Shown piece after piece: positions 8,601 to 14,909 of a DNA stretch of 20,000 bases (its first letter is position 1; each line of letters opens with the position of its first letter). Source of the stretch: an uncultured virus (IMG/VR IMGVR_UViG_3300037112_000094). Lineage: Duplodnaviria; Heunggongvirae; Uroviricota; Caudoviricetes. The stretch is from positions 51,220-71,219 of IMG/VR virus record IMGVR_UViG_3300037112_000094, one strand, 5' to 3'. The translations under genes and the position numbers were made by a program. Under the pieces are notes generated by a model. The model searched no databases. It was not told the origin of the DNA and worked only from the letters and a program-made list of their open reading frames with translations.

Positions 8601-9695
8601 GCCAGCGGCCAGGTTGTTCGTCCCGCTGTTTGTCACCGTGCATGTGACGCCCGTGCAGGTGAATCCCGTCAAGGCGAACGTCGGCTCGATCACGTTGCCG
8701 TCGTCATCGTTGACGCTGTCTCCGGCAAAGATTCCATTAGCCGGTGTAAATCCTCCGCCACCGCCACTCGAATAGACCGGGATGTTGAGCGCGCCGGTCA
8801 CCGTGTTAAAGGCAGCCGCGCCACTCGACCCCGTAGTCGTCAGCGATGACACGCACGGCATATCCCCGAATACCGGCCCCGCGACGCCGCCGAGACAAAG
8901 GTTCAGTTGAGGGGGAAGGCCAGTAGGTGTATTCGTTCCGTTAGAAATCACTAAGTCTCCCGATGTAGGCCAAGTGACGCTGCTTCCACCAGTTGAGCTA
9001 ATCGTGCAGTCAGTCGAATTATTTCCGGGATTATCCACGCAGCTTACCGTGGAGTTGGAACCGGACTTGAGATTCAGCCTAGCCTCTTGCGTGAGGGAAA
9101 CGGTGTTCGCTTGGACGGTCTGGTAGAAGAAAGCGGAGGAGAGAATAGACGGCTGACAGTCAGAACTGCTGGTGCAATTGATGGCGTAGAGACCCGCCGC
9201 TGGATTTCCGAGAATGTTGGCTTGTGCGGCTGGCGCTGAGGTTCCACCTGTGCATCCAGCGGAGATGATGTTCGGTGAGCATGAGCCTCCGCTTCCGGTA
9301 CCGCCACTCGCAAATACATCAACAGCCGCCACAACCGGGGATGGGAATACGAGAGGTGGATCACCGCCGCTCAATTGAACGTCGTACCCTTGTCCCTGCG
9401 CCGCATAGAAGAGCCAGTGCCCGGTCTGTGTCGAAGAGATGGTCGTTGCTTTGAACGGGTTCGTAAGCGGTGTGTTGCTTCCGTCCTTGTAGATCGTCGC
9501 GAGAGTCTGGGAGTCCGTGAGGTAAACGCTGACCAGACAGTGTGGAATCACCCCTTGAAGATAATTGGATGAGTTGAGTCCGGCGATTGTGGCTTGCCTT
9601 CCACCAAGGTCGCAGTATCCCTGAATCGATCCCGTGGCCTGAGCGAGCACCGAGACTGGAGCGAGCAACGTCAGTAGGAAAATCAGGCGCTTCAT
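5697..9695 (-). CDS. Large tail fibre/tailspike-like protein with N-terminal signal peptide and SGNH-like domain
   Basis: AAGGAGG RBS. N-terminal VYLTDSQTLATIYKD..TPLTNPF...GHWLFYA..GYDV resembles podovirus spike head-binding domains. Tail-fibre repeat LAPKASPTFTGTPAAPTA..GTNTTQLATTAFVQAAI. IFAGDS block. Rich in S/T/G. Confidence 0.75.
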   Translation of the reverse strand: MKRLIFLLTLLAPVSVLAQATGSIQGYCDLGGRQATIAGLNSSNYLQGVIPHCLVSVYLTDSQTLATIYKDGSNTPLTNPFKATTISSTQTGHWLFYAAQGQGYDVQLSGGDPPLVFPSPVVAAVDVFASGGTGSGGSCSPNIISAGCTGGTSAPAAQANILGNPAAGLYAINCTSSSDCQPSILSSAFFYQTVQANTVSLTQEARLNLKSGSNSTVSCVDNPGNNSTDCTISSTGGSSVTWPTSGDLVISNGTNTPTGLPPQLNLCLGGVAGPVFGDMPCVSSLTTTGSSGAAAFNTVTGALNIPVYSSGGGGGFTPANGIFAGDSVNDDDGNVIEPTFALTGFTCTGVTCTVTNSGTNNLAAGDWVNMRFSSAWTSTFSAPTDISYSTGYTLFKVLSSGLSSTQFEFSFASSGTCASTCGVAAKATYNLPFNTANLAGLSGKLTPYVVIPNPVTEQALNTYYSTILHPLSEAVTGQPTYFIFGQLENDAFANGCTSAATIEAALNSLWAQVHADSSSVVVWSTNAVNLGQTGLGICSSGYQTLIALEQWLPLQGKSAANQASGQYWDGFVDVARVVNDPGNSSLVAGNGGFGPGGVNLAAAKIANVLLSGVSDPLDKRSDYFGSAPGVAGVGNGFMQIPTYDSVYTYQWFSASSGSTLGSQIMSLGTLFGYQHLTVNSDSPSTFNSTSQNSGNHYPSTAAVQEPSSSSTAFNYPIFGVLGPNMPTGYSIKEDLGRDNATNDVLRMQFYYAGAGSASNYAIFGLYGANGLSIDGNGNVVIQGLSPSTSPICPHGTGGALTTSGCASGSSGLSGMTATQVGVAGSSSTITSSKAIAGTGAGLASGPTSATVAGDVVTYVDTAGTQQDSSTLLSSLAPKASPTFTGTPAAPTATGGTNTTQLATTAFVQAAIAAAGTGAGIVTYSGPALTFTGTLYFPIGGGGLSSATETNVDIDSPAAVTIQNMTVQLSTAPGVGNSIAFTWRKNASSQTLTCTISGASATSCSDTTHSFTTASLDLLDIQVVTTGTVVGTPTVVMAAQVGVAATTTTAFSAISSGTNTSAAMAVGSGASLAPSGTGTVSANQLNGVPFCTGFTPTTGQNLQYTTASTPNPCYTAAAGGGSTVVAAPPYIEIGSTFYDPDMFAVTKPVICASQVFIGTGPTCTNGTNGNVVLSSTAATTNYWSKISLSSSIDIDFRQLCAAVGTNNCNGGIWIHDNTNGLVWSLSWQQGNASLSTATLQIGEYNCTSTCPGSVAPSFVSSVVYQGAEWFGSSIHLKLSVSGTILSYLVSTDGGATYQTIGTQTVGTIDFGGIAFYSGLGTIAEINLLSTSVI

Positions 9696-9696
9696 G

Positions 9697-9759
9697 TTAC
9701 CTCCTTACGGTGAGTGTTACCAAAACAGCGTTCCCGATAGACTTCATCCACGCGGCCAA
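9697..9759 (-). pseudogene. Stranded duplicate of the 3' end of gene 10055..10465
   Basis: Translates LAAWMKSIGNAVLVTLTVRR*, against VAGWMASLTNAVNVTLMVTR* at the end of 10055..10465. Shared DNA words gtggatg, gtaacact and aggtaaca. Confidence 0.75.
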
Positions 9760-9763
9760 TGTT

Positions 9764-10039
9764 CTAACTCAGGCCGATGTAGGTCAAGAAGATGGTGCAA
9801 TTGTTGACATTACCCGGAGCAGAAGAGAACGTCACAACGACAATTGTTCCGGAAATGCTGACGGAACTGCCGCCAATACCGAGATCGTTTACCACCGCTA
9901 CTGGAGGGTTGTCATTGAATACAAGATTGAATGGAGCCTTCTTGAGATCGAACGACATCGATGTGCTTGTGCCATCTCCAGCTATGTTCATGGTTATCGA
10001 GTTAACCGTTGATGTCACATTGTTAATGCCAATAGCCAT
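9764..10039 (-). CDS. Small beta-rich protein, probably structural
   Basis: Strong AGGAGG RBS. GDG...F...SISGTIVVVTFSSAP pattern recalls phage fibre modules. Confidence 0.7.
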   Translation of the reverse strand: MAIGINNVTSTVNSITMNIAGDGTSTSMSFDLKKAPFNLVFNDNPPVAVVNDLGIGGSSVSISGTIVVVTFSSAPGNVNNCTIFLTYIGLS

Positions 10040-10054
10040 TTGATTCCTCCTGTG

Positions 10055-10465
10055 TTACCTAGTTACCATCAGTGTTACGTTAACTGCATTGGTTAAGCTG
10101 GCCATCCACCCCGCGACATACTTTGGCCATAGATTGCTCGCCATGTCGTAGCGCCAGACAAATCCATTTGTTCCGGTTTGGCCAGTAGACCCCGTGCTCT
10201 TGATGCTTGCCAGTTGGATGTAGTTCGGTGCCGCGTCAATGTTGGCACCTAAAATATCTACTTCGAAGGTTCCGGGATTTGCTGAGAAGATCACTTCAAA
10301 CGAAGCTCCCCACGGGTAGAAAGCATTGTCGAGACGTTCCAGCAAAAACCCCTGACTCAGCGAACCCGGAAAGGTCCCCGCAGGAACCGTTTCCACGTTC
10401 CACAAGAATCCTTGGCGGTTGACACGAAGAAGCGTTGCTAAACCGGGTCCGGGATATGTGGGCAC
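10055..10465 (-). CDS. Hypothetical virion protein, 136 aa
   Basis: AAGGAGG RBS before GTG 10465. Beta-rich composition and position within the structural operon. Confidence 0.75.
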   Translation of the reverse strand: MPTYPGPGLATLLRVNRQGFLWNVETVPAGTFPGSLSQGFLLERLDNAFYPWGASFEVIFSANPGTFEVDILGANIDAAPNYIQLASIKSTGSTGQTGTNGFVWRYDMASNLWPKYVAGWMASLTNAVNVTLMVTR

Positions 10466-10536
10466 TAAAAACCTCCTTCAAGCTGCGGTAGAATGGAAAA
10501 GCGGTCGAACACCGCAATTCCATTCGAGGTGGAATC

Positions 10537-11097
10537 ATGGCCAAGCGTCCCGCCAAATACTGCGTCCAGCGAGAGCCTGTTGTCCAACCGCACGATCAGT
10601 CTATCAAAATAATCGCGCTGACTAGAGGCAAGACAACCGTTGTCGATGCAACCGACTACGAAAGGTTGATGATAAAAAACTGGGTTGCTCTCTGGGACGA
10701 TCACACGAAATGCTTTTATGCCAGAGGCACGCATGGTGGAACGGGAATGCACCGATACATTCTTGGCATAACCGATCCAAATGTGCAGGTAGACCACTGG
10801 GATGGCGATACTCTTAACAACCGCAGAATCAATCTTCGTGTGACCAATCAAAACGGCAACCGCCAAAATCGCGGCGTCTACAAGAACACAAACAGCGGCC
10901 ACGCTGGAGTTTCTTGGCGCGAACGAGATCAGGTCTGGATTGTGTACATAAACACTAATGGTAAACGCACTTATCTTGGACAGTATAAAGAAGATGACAA
11001 ACAAAAAGCCATAGATCGGCGCGTCGAGGCCGAACGCGAACAGCATGGCGAATTTGCTTTTGCGAATCGTCATAAAATTACCACATGCCCACGTTAG
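10537..11097 (+). CDS. HNH endonuclease with C-terminal AP2 domain
   Basis: IALTRGKTTVVD..DYE, MHRYIL...VDHWDGDTLNNRRINLR, NTNSGHAGVSW...W.VYI..NGKRTYLGQY, HGEFA. GAGGTGG RBS, TAGAAT upstream. Confidence 0.92.
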   Translation: MAKRPAKYCVQREPVVQPHDQSIKIIALTRGKTTVVDATDYERLMIKNWVALWDDHTKCFYARGTHGGTGMHRYILGITDPNVQVDHWDGDTLNNRRINLRVTNQNGNRQNRGVYKNTNSGHAGVSWRERDQVWIVYINTNGKRTYLGQYKEDDKQKAIDRRVEAEREQHGEFAFANRHKITTCPR

Positions 11098-12322
11098 CGC
11101 TGCCGTTTGTGTTCGTGAACGGCTCGCCTGCGTTGAACGGTACGCTCATTCCGGCCTTTGTGAAGTACAACTCCATCAAGTGCCGGTCCATAATCCTGAT
11201 CTGTCTCAGCAAGTCCTTGTACTCCTCGTGATGAGCCTGAACAAGGAATTGCCAGTTTGCTCCGGAGCCGCGCTCCATGTCGTCGCCCTTCTGAGATTCC
11301 TTCCACAGCGACACCATCTCGTAAGCTCTCTCCTTCACAAGCTCTTCGGTGAGAGGGTACGGAAGAGTATCGGTAGGAGCCGTTAGCGCAGGCCAATTGG
11401 CTTGGCACGCGAACGTGTAAGGCAACTGGGTAATCGGATGCGGCCACAACTCGAAAAGCATCTGGCCGAGCGTCGGGCTCCCCGGCCTGTTGTCGATCTG
11501 AAACGGAACAACGTACTCAGGCTGGTCGAATATCTCGCGCTGTGGGTCCTCTTCCGAAAGATCAATCTGCGTGTAATCCCACCAGTTCATCGCCTCGTCG
11601 TTGGTTGTGTCCCTAATGTTGAACCAGCGCTTAAAGTTCGGCGGCGCTGGATAGTAGGCTTGGTAGATCGCATACGGGCCGTTGAATTGCGGAGGCTCCA
11701 TCCAAGGCCGGTCAATCGTGATCGTCGCGATCAGCGTGACCGAGAACGTGGCCGGAGTTCCTCCCTCGGCGAACGTGATCGATGGGGTCTGGTAGTTGCT
11801 TCCCACAGCATTGACAATCGTCGGAAGCGTAACCGCCCCGCTCGCGTCGACGGTGATGATGACGGTCGCTGCCGCGCCGCCGCCGCTAAGGTCTGTGATC
11901 GGCACGGTGTAGGTTCCCGGCGTCTGTCCCGAGCCCGGAGTGAGCGTCGTGACGTATGCGACCGTCCCGTTGTTCCCCAAAGCGATGATGTTGTAGAGCG
12001 AGTAGTTTGGGCACCTGATCTGCTGCTGGGTGAGGAACGGAGGATAGGGGATTGGCGCGACCCACGCCATCGTCGCGGCCACGTCGGCGGTGATGGTTGT
12101 GCTGAATGGATTGACCGTGATCGTGCCGGGGCTCAGGAACGAGTTTTGGGAGGTTGGTCCCCCGAGAAGATTAGCGGTTAACCATCCTCCGGTGATGCAC
12201 TGGAAGGAAAAAACGTTCTCATTTTGTATTTTCTGAAATGCCTCGTTAATCCTTGTCGCGGCAAGCCCGCGATTCATTCCCGGCACTCCAAGCATCTCTT
12301 GCACCATGTTCACGAAGGCCAT
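11078..12322 (-). CDS. Putative head-tail adaptor/connector protein with inserted beta modules
   Basis: N-terminal helical MVQEML...TRINEAFQKI and C-terminal FELWPHP...YTF...LTAPTDTLP...ELVKERA match the usual layout of podovirus adaptor proteins. GGAGG RBS. Located after the capsid genes. Confidence 0.6.
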   Translation of the reverse strand: MAFVNMVQEMLGVPGMNRGLAATRINEAFQKIQNENVFSFQCITGGWLTANLLGGPTSQNSFLSPGTITVNPFSTTITADVAATMAWVAPIPYPPFLTQQQIRCPNYSLYNIIALGNNGTVAYVTTLTPGSGQTPGTYTVPITDLSGGGAAATVIITVDASGAVTLPTIVNAVGSNYQTPSITFAEGGTPATFSVTLIATITIDRPWMEPPQFNGPYAIYQAYYPAPPNFKRWFNIRDTTNDEAMNWWDYTQIDLSEEDPQREIFDQPEYVVPFQIDNRPGSPTLGQMLFELWPHPITQLPYTFACQANWPALTAPTDTLPYPLTEELVKERAYEMVSLWKESQKGDDMERGSGANWQFLVQAHHEEYKDLLRQIRIMDRHLMELYFTKAGMSVPFNAGEPFTNTNGSANVGMW

Positions 12323-12337
12323 TTAACTGCCTCCGAT

Positions 12338-12350
12338 CATGGTAAAATCA
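12338..12350 (+). promoter_or_regulatory. Putative extended -10 promoter for the HNH-AP2 gene, antisense to the operon
   Basis: TG-G-TAAAAT about 50 nt upstream of ATG 12398. Confidence 0.4.
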
Positions 12351-12397
12351 GAAATCAGTGCGGCTCTCTGCTGCACAATCTCTTTCACGGAGAGACT

Positions 12398-12937
12398 ATG
12401 GAGCCCAGAGTGAAACGTCACCCTGTTGAGCAGCCGCTCGATCAGTCTATCAAACTCATTCCCCTCACAAAAGGTAAAACGGCCAGAGTTGATGCCTCTG
12501 AGTACGAGAGAATTAGCGCTAATAATTGGATGGCGACTTGGAATAAGTACACACGTTCCTACTATGCCCGCCGCTACAGCAAAGTCAAGGATGGACCGCC
12601 AAGACGTATGATCGCCATGCAGAACGAAGTCATGAGCAATGGAAAGATAAATGACCATGCAGACCGCAATACTCTGAATAACGTGAAGAGCAATTTGCGT
12701 CCATCCACAGTTTCCCAAAATGGCGGGAACTGTGAGAAGAGAAAACACAATACGTCTGGATATAAAGGTGTGGTTTGGAACAATCGATGGAGGGCTCAGC
12801 TTCTCGTTAATGGGAAGAAATACCATGCTGGGTATTTTGATGATCCGATTGACGCAGCGCGAGCCTACGACCGCAAGGCCATCGAATTGTTCGGCGACTT
12901 TGCTTGCACCAATTTTCCGCGCTCCGATTACGACTGA
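12398..12937 (+). CDS. HNH endonuclease with C-terminal AP2 domain (start re-assigned to ATG 12398)
   Basis: GGAG RBS. The N-terminus aligns with paralog 10537 (QPLDQSIKLIPLTKGK vs QPHDQSIKIIALTRGK). DHADRNTLNNVKSNLR, NTSGYKGV, GYFDDPIDAARAYDRKAIELFGDFACTNF. Confidence 0.92.
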   Translation: MEPRVKRHPVEQPLDQSIKLIPLTKGKTARVDASEYERISANNWMATWNKYTRSYYARRYSKVKDGPPRRMIAMQNEVMSNGKINDHADRNTLNNVKSNLRPSTVSQNGGNCEKRKHNTSGYKGVVWNNRWRAQLLVNGKKYHAGYFDDPIDAARAYDRKAIELFGDFACTNFPRSDYD

Positions 12938-12956
12938 CACTCCCCACACTCCACTC

Positions 12957-13193
12957 CTACTTCCCCGCCACACGCTTTTTGGCTTTCCAAATCTTGTCGC
13001 CCGCCTTGCCGCGCGGGAATTTCTTGATAGATTTGAGTTGCCCACGCTTGACGCGTTTGTTGTTCGCTCGTACCGTCTCGTTGTAGCGAGTATTTCGCGG
13101 CCCGATCTTCTCCAAGAAGCGATCATCCTTGCCTGCTGGAGGCGGGATTCTGTCCTTTGGAGCCTTCGGAAGAATGCGTCCAGTGGTCGCCAT
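12957..13193 (-). CDS. Small basic protein, 78 aa (MATTGRILPK...KIWKAKKRVAGK)
   Basis: ATG 13193 lies 4 nt after the stop of 13198..13353. K/R-rich, ends KKRVAGK. Confidence 0.75.
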   Translation of the reverse strand: MATTGRILPKAPKDRIPPPAGKDDRFLEKIGPRNTRYNETVRANNKRVKRGQLKSIKKFPRGKAGDKIWKAKKRVAGK

Positions 13194-13197
13194 GTGC

Positions 13198-13353
13198 CTA
13201 TTTCCCCGAAACACGCTTCTTGCGCGAAGTTGTCTTGCCGTTCCCGCTTTTCCGGCTCATGCGGCCTTTCGGGAACACGACATCTGGTCTGCCAAGCGAC
13301 TTGGTGCCCGCGCCGATAAGCAGGTGCTTCGAACTTGCCTTGGGCTTCGCCAT
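13198..13353 (-). CDS. Small basic protein, 51 aa (MAKPKASSKHLLIGAGTKSLGRPDVVFPKGRMSRKSGNGKTTSRKKRVSGK)
   Basis: Manual translation. GGAG-ccgaaa-ATG. Fills the gap between neighbours exactly and ends KKRVSGK. Not in the ORF track. Confidence 0.8.
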   Translation of the reverse strand: MAKPKASSKHLLIGAGTKSLGRPDVVFPKGRMSRKSGNGKTTSRKKRVSGK

Positions 13354-13366
13354 TTTCGGCTCCGGC

Positions 13367-13531
13367 TTACGTCAGCAGGGTCTTGTGCGAACCCTTCCTG
13401 TGCTTCTTGCCGCCCTTAGCCTTCGCGACCGTCAGCTTCAGGTTCCCCTTCTTGTGCGCGTTCGTGGAAACCGCGTGCTTCGCGTAACGATGCTCGACGC
13501 CCTTGCGATTGCGAATCTTGATCTTCTTCAT
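13367..13531 (-). CDS. Small basic protein, 54 aa (MKKIKIRNRKGVEHRYAKHAVSTNAHKKGNLKLTVAKAKGGKKHRKGSHKTLLT)
   Basis: Manual translation. AAGGAGAAGAGG RBS, KAKGGK motif. Not in the ORF track. Confidence 0.8.
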   Translation of the reverse strand: MKKIKIRNRKGVEHRYAKHAVSTNAHKKGNLKLTVAKAKGGKKHRKGSHKTLLT

Positions 13532-13548
13532 GTCCTCTTCTCCTTAGT

Positions 13549-13626
13549 AAAAACGCCTCCCAACGGCGATTGGGTTCCGCAGGGAGGCGCTTGATAGTCT
13601 GCAACCGGGAGGGGTCTAGCAGACCT
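13549..13626 (-). promoter_or_regulatory. Structured leader with intrinsic terminator, copy 3
   Basis: Minus strand reads GGTCTGC-(tagacccctcccggtt)-GCAGACT, ATCAAG, then CGCCTCCC...GGGAGGCG-TTTTT, immediately before the RBS of 13367..13531. Confidence 0.65.
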
Positions 13627-13639
13627 TGTGAAAAGTCGT

Positions 13640-13978
13640 TTACGGACCGCCGACAACACCCAACTGAACGACTTCCGCCGCAAGATTGGCTGCTGATGCG
13701 GTGGTCAACGCTCCAGTGGCTTTGTTGAAAGCGTACCAGTAGAGAATCCAGCTTCCACCTTTGCCGGATACCGAAATCTGAGGGAACACAATGTAGTTCC
13801 CGCTCACGGAAATGCAGGGGCCGAGGACAGAATCGACGAAGAACGGCGTGAAGTTAACCGACAATGGATCACCATTCGTGGCGTTGTAGGACGCCGGTCC
13901 GGTCCCCGTTCCCACATAAACCTGCCGGTTCCCGATCCAGTTCGGGTAATAGACTGGAGTAAGCGTATTGAGAATCAT
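13640..13978 (-). CDS. Small virion protein, decoration-like
   Basis: GAGGAAG RBS. Beta-rich, GPASY..GD motif, lies downstream of the capsid genes. Confidence 0.65.
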   Translation of the reverse strand: MILNTLTPVYYPNWIGNRQVYVGTGTGPASYNATNGDPLSVNFTPFFVDSVLGPCISVSGNYIVFPQISVSGKGGSWILYWYAFNKATGALTTASAANLAAEVVQLGVVGGP

Positions 13979-14003
13979 CGTTTCTTCCTCTTCTCCCCTG
14001 CAT

Positions 14004-14855
14004 TTAGTCTTGGAAGATTGGCGTTGTCATCTGAATCTTGAACGGAGTGTGAGCCAGCGGTGCAGTCACCGGATCGATGACGATACCGAGATTGAGAATG
14101 CTGTAGCTCGCCGATGACGCGACCATCTCGCCTGCCGAACTCGTGGACGGAAGAGCGTTCTGGCTTTGCGCCTGCGTGTCTCCAGAGGCTGCGAGAACCG
14201 TCGCCACACCGCTCTCCTGAACGAAGCCGTAATTGCCCGGAGTGATGGAGTTCAGGAAGATCACAGGATGAACCGGACCGATGCCAGCGTTTGTCCCTGA
14301 AGGGGTCAACGCGATGTCCGCGCTCGTGACCACGTTCTGGCCGAGACCCAACTGTGCGACCACGGTACCCGGAGTTCCGCCCGTCGCCAAGGTGAAAGTC
14401 GGCGGGGAGACGTATCCGAATCCTGCGTTGAGCACAGAGACAGAAATCGCTGTGGGAGAAGTGACGATGACTTGGATGATTGCTCCCTGTCCACCGCCGC
14501 TTCCAACGGTCGCCGCTACTTGGTAGGTGCCGACCGTCTGGCCGGTTCCTTGGGTCAGGACGATGACCGACTTGACCGTCGATCCAGAGCGCACATAGCC
14601 GACTGTTCCCGTCTTCACGTTTGCGGCGGTCGCGCCCGAGTCAACTTGCACGAAACGGTAGCGCCCATTGTAGAGAATGCCGTTCGTCGTGTAGGCGGTT
14701 GCAGCTTCCTCGTTGGTCAGGTCGAAGTAATCGCCGAGATTCAGCCCGCCGCCTTCGTATGGGAATCCCGTCATGGGATCGGTCATGCCGGAGGGCGACG
14801 AGTTGTTCACGTTGTTCAGAGCAAGCCATGTAGGAAGTGCTGGCTGAAATGGCAT
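14004..14855 (-). CDS. Capsid decoration/cement-like protein with an inserted GxGY module
   Basis: Directly follows the major capsid gene, AAGGAG RBS. GRYRFVQ...ITPGNYGFVQESGVATV pattern is typical of cement proteins. Confidence 0.6.
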   Translation of the reverse strand: MPFQPALPTWLALNNVNNSSPSGMTDPMTGFPYEGGGLNLGDYFDLTNEEAATAYTTNGILYNGRYRFVQVDSGATAANVKTGTVGYVRSGSTVKSVIVLTQGTGQTVGTYQVAATVGSGGGQGAIIQVIVTSPTAISVSVLNAGFGYVSPPTFTLATGGTPGTVVAQLGLGQNVVTSADIALTPSGTNAGIGPVHPVIFLNSITPGNYGFVQESGVATVLAASGDTQAQSQNALPSTSSAGEMVASSASYSILNLGIVIDPVTAPLAHTPFKIQMTTPIFQD

Positions 14856-14909
14856 TTTGTTTCTCCTTGACTACTTCGTTCCGTCAATCAAAAACTGCTT
14901 CGCTCAGTC

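Noticed and set aside
11402..12181. 259-aa plus ORF and similar long ORFs antisense to structural genes (e.g. 19205..19828, 14472..14870)
   Set aside because: Shadow frames of GC-rich coding genes with Arg/Val-rich, motif-free translations and no RBS.
12224..12397. N-terminal extension of the second HNH-AP2 in the track
   Set aside because: It overlaps the adaptor start on the other strand. Paralog alignment and RBS point to ATG 12398.
13416..13604. 62-aa minus ORF from the track
   Set aside because: It runs through the terminator hairpin. The frame 13367..13531 has the strong RBS.
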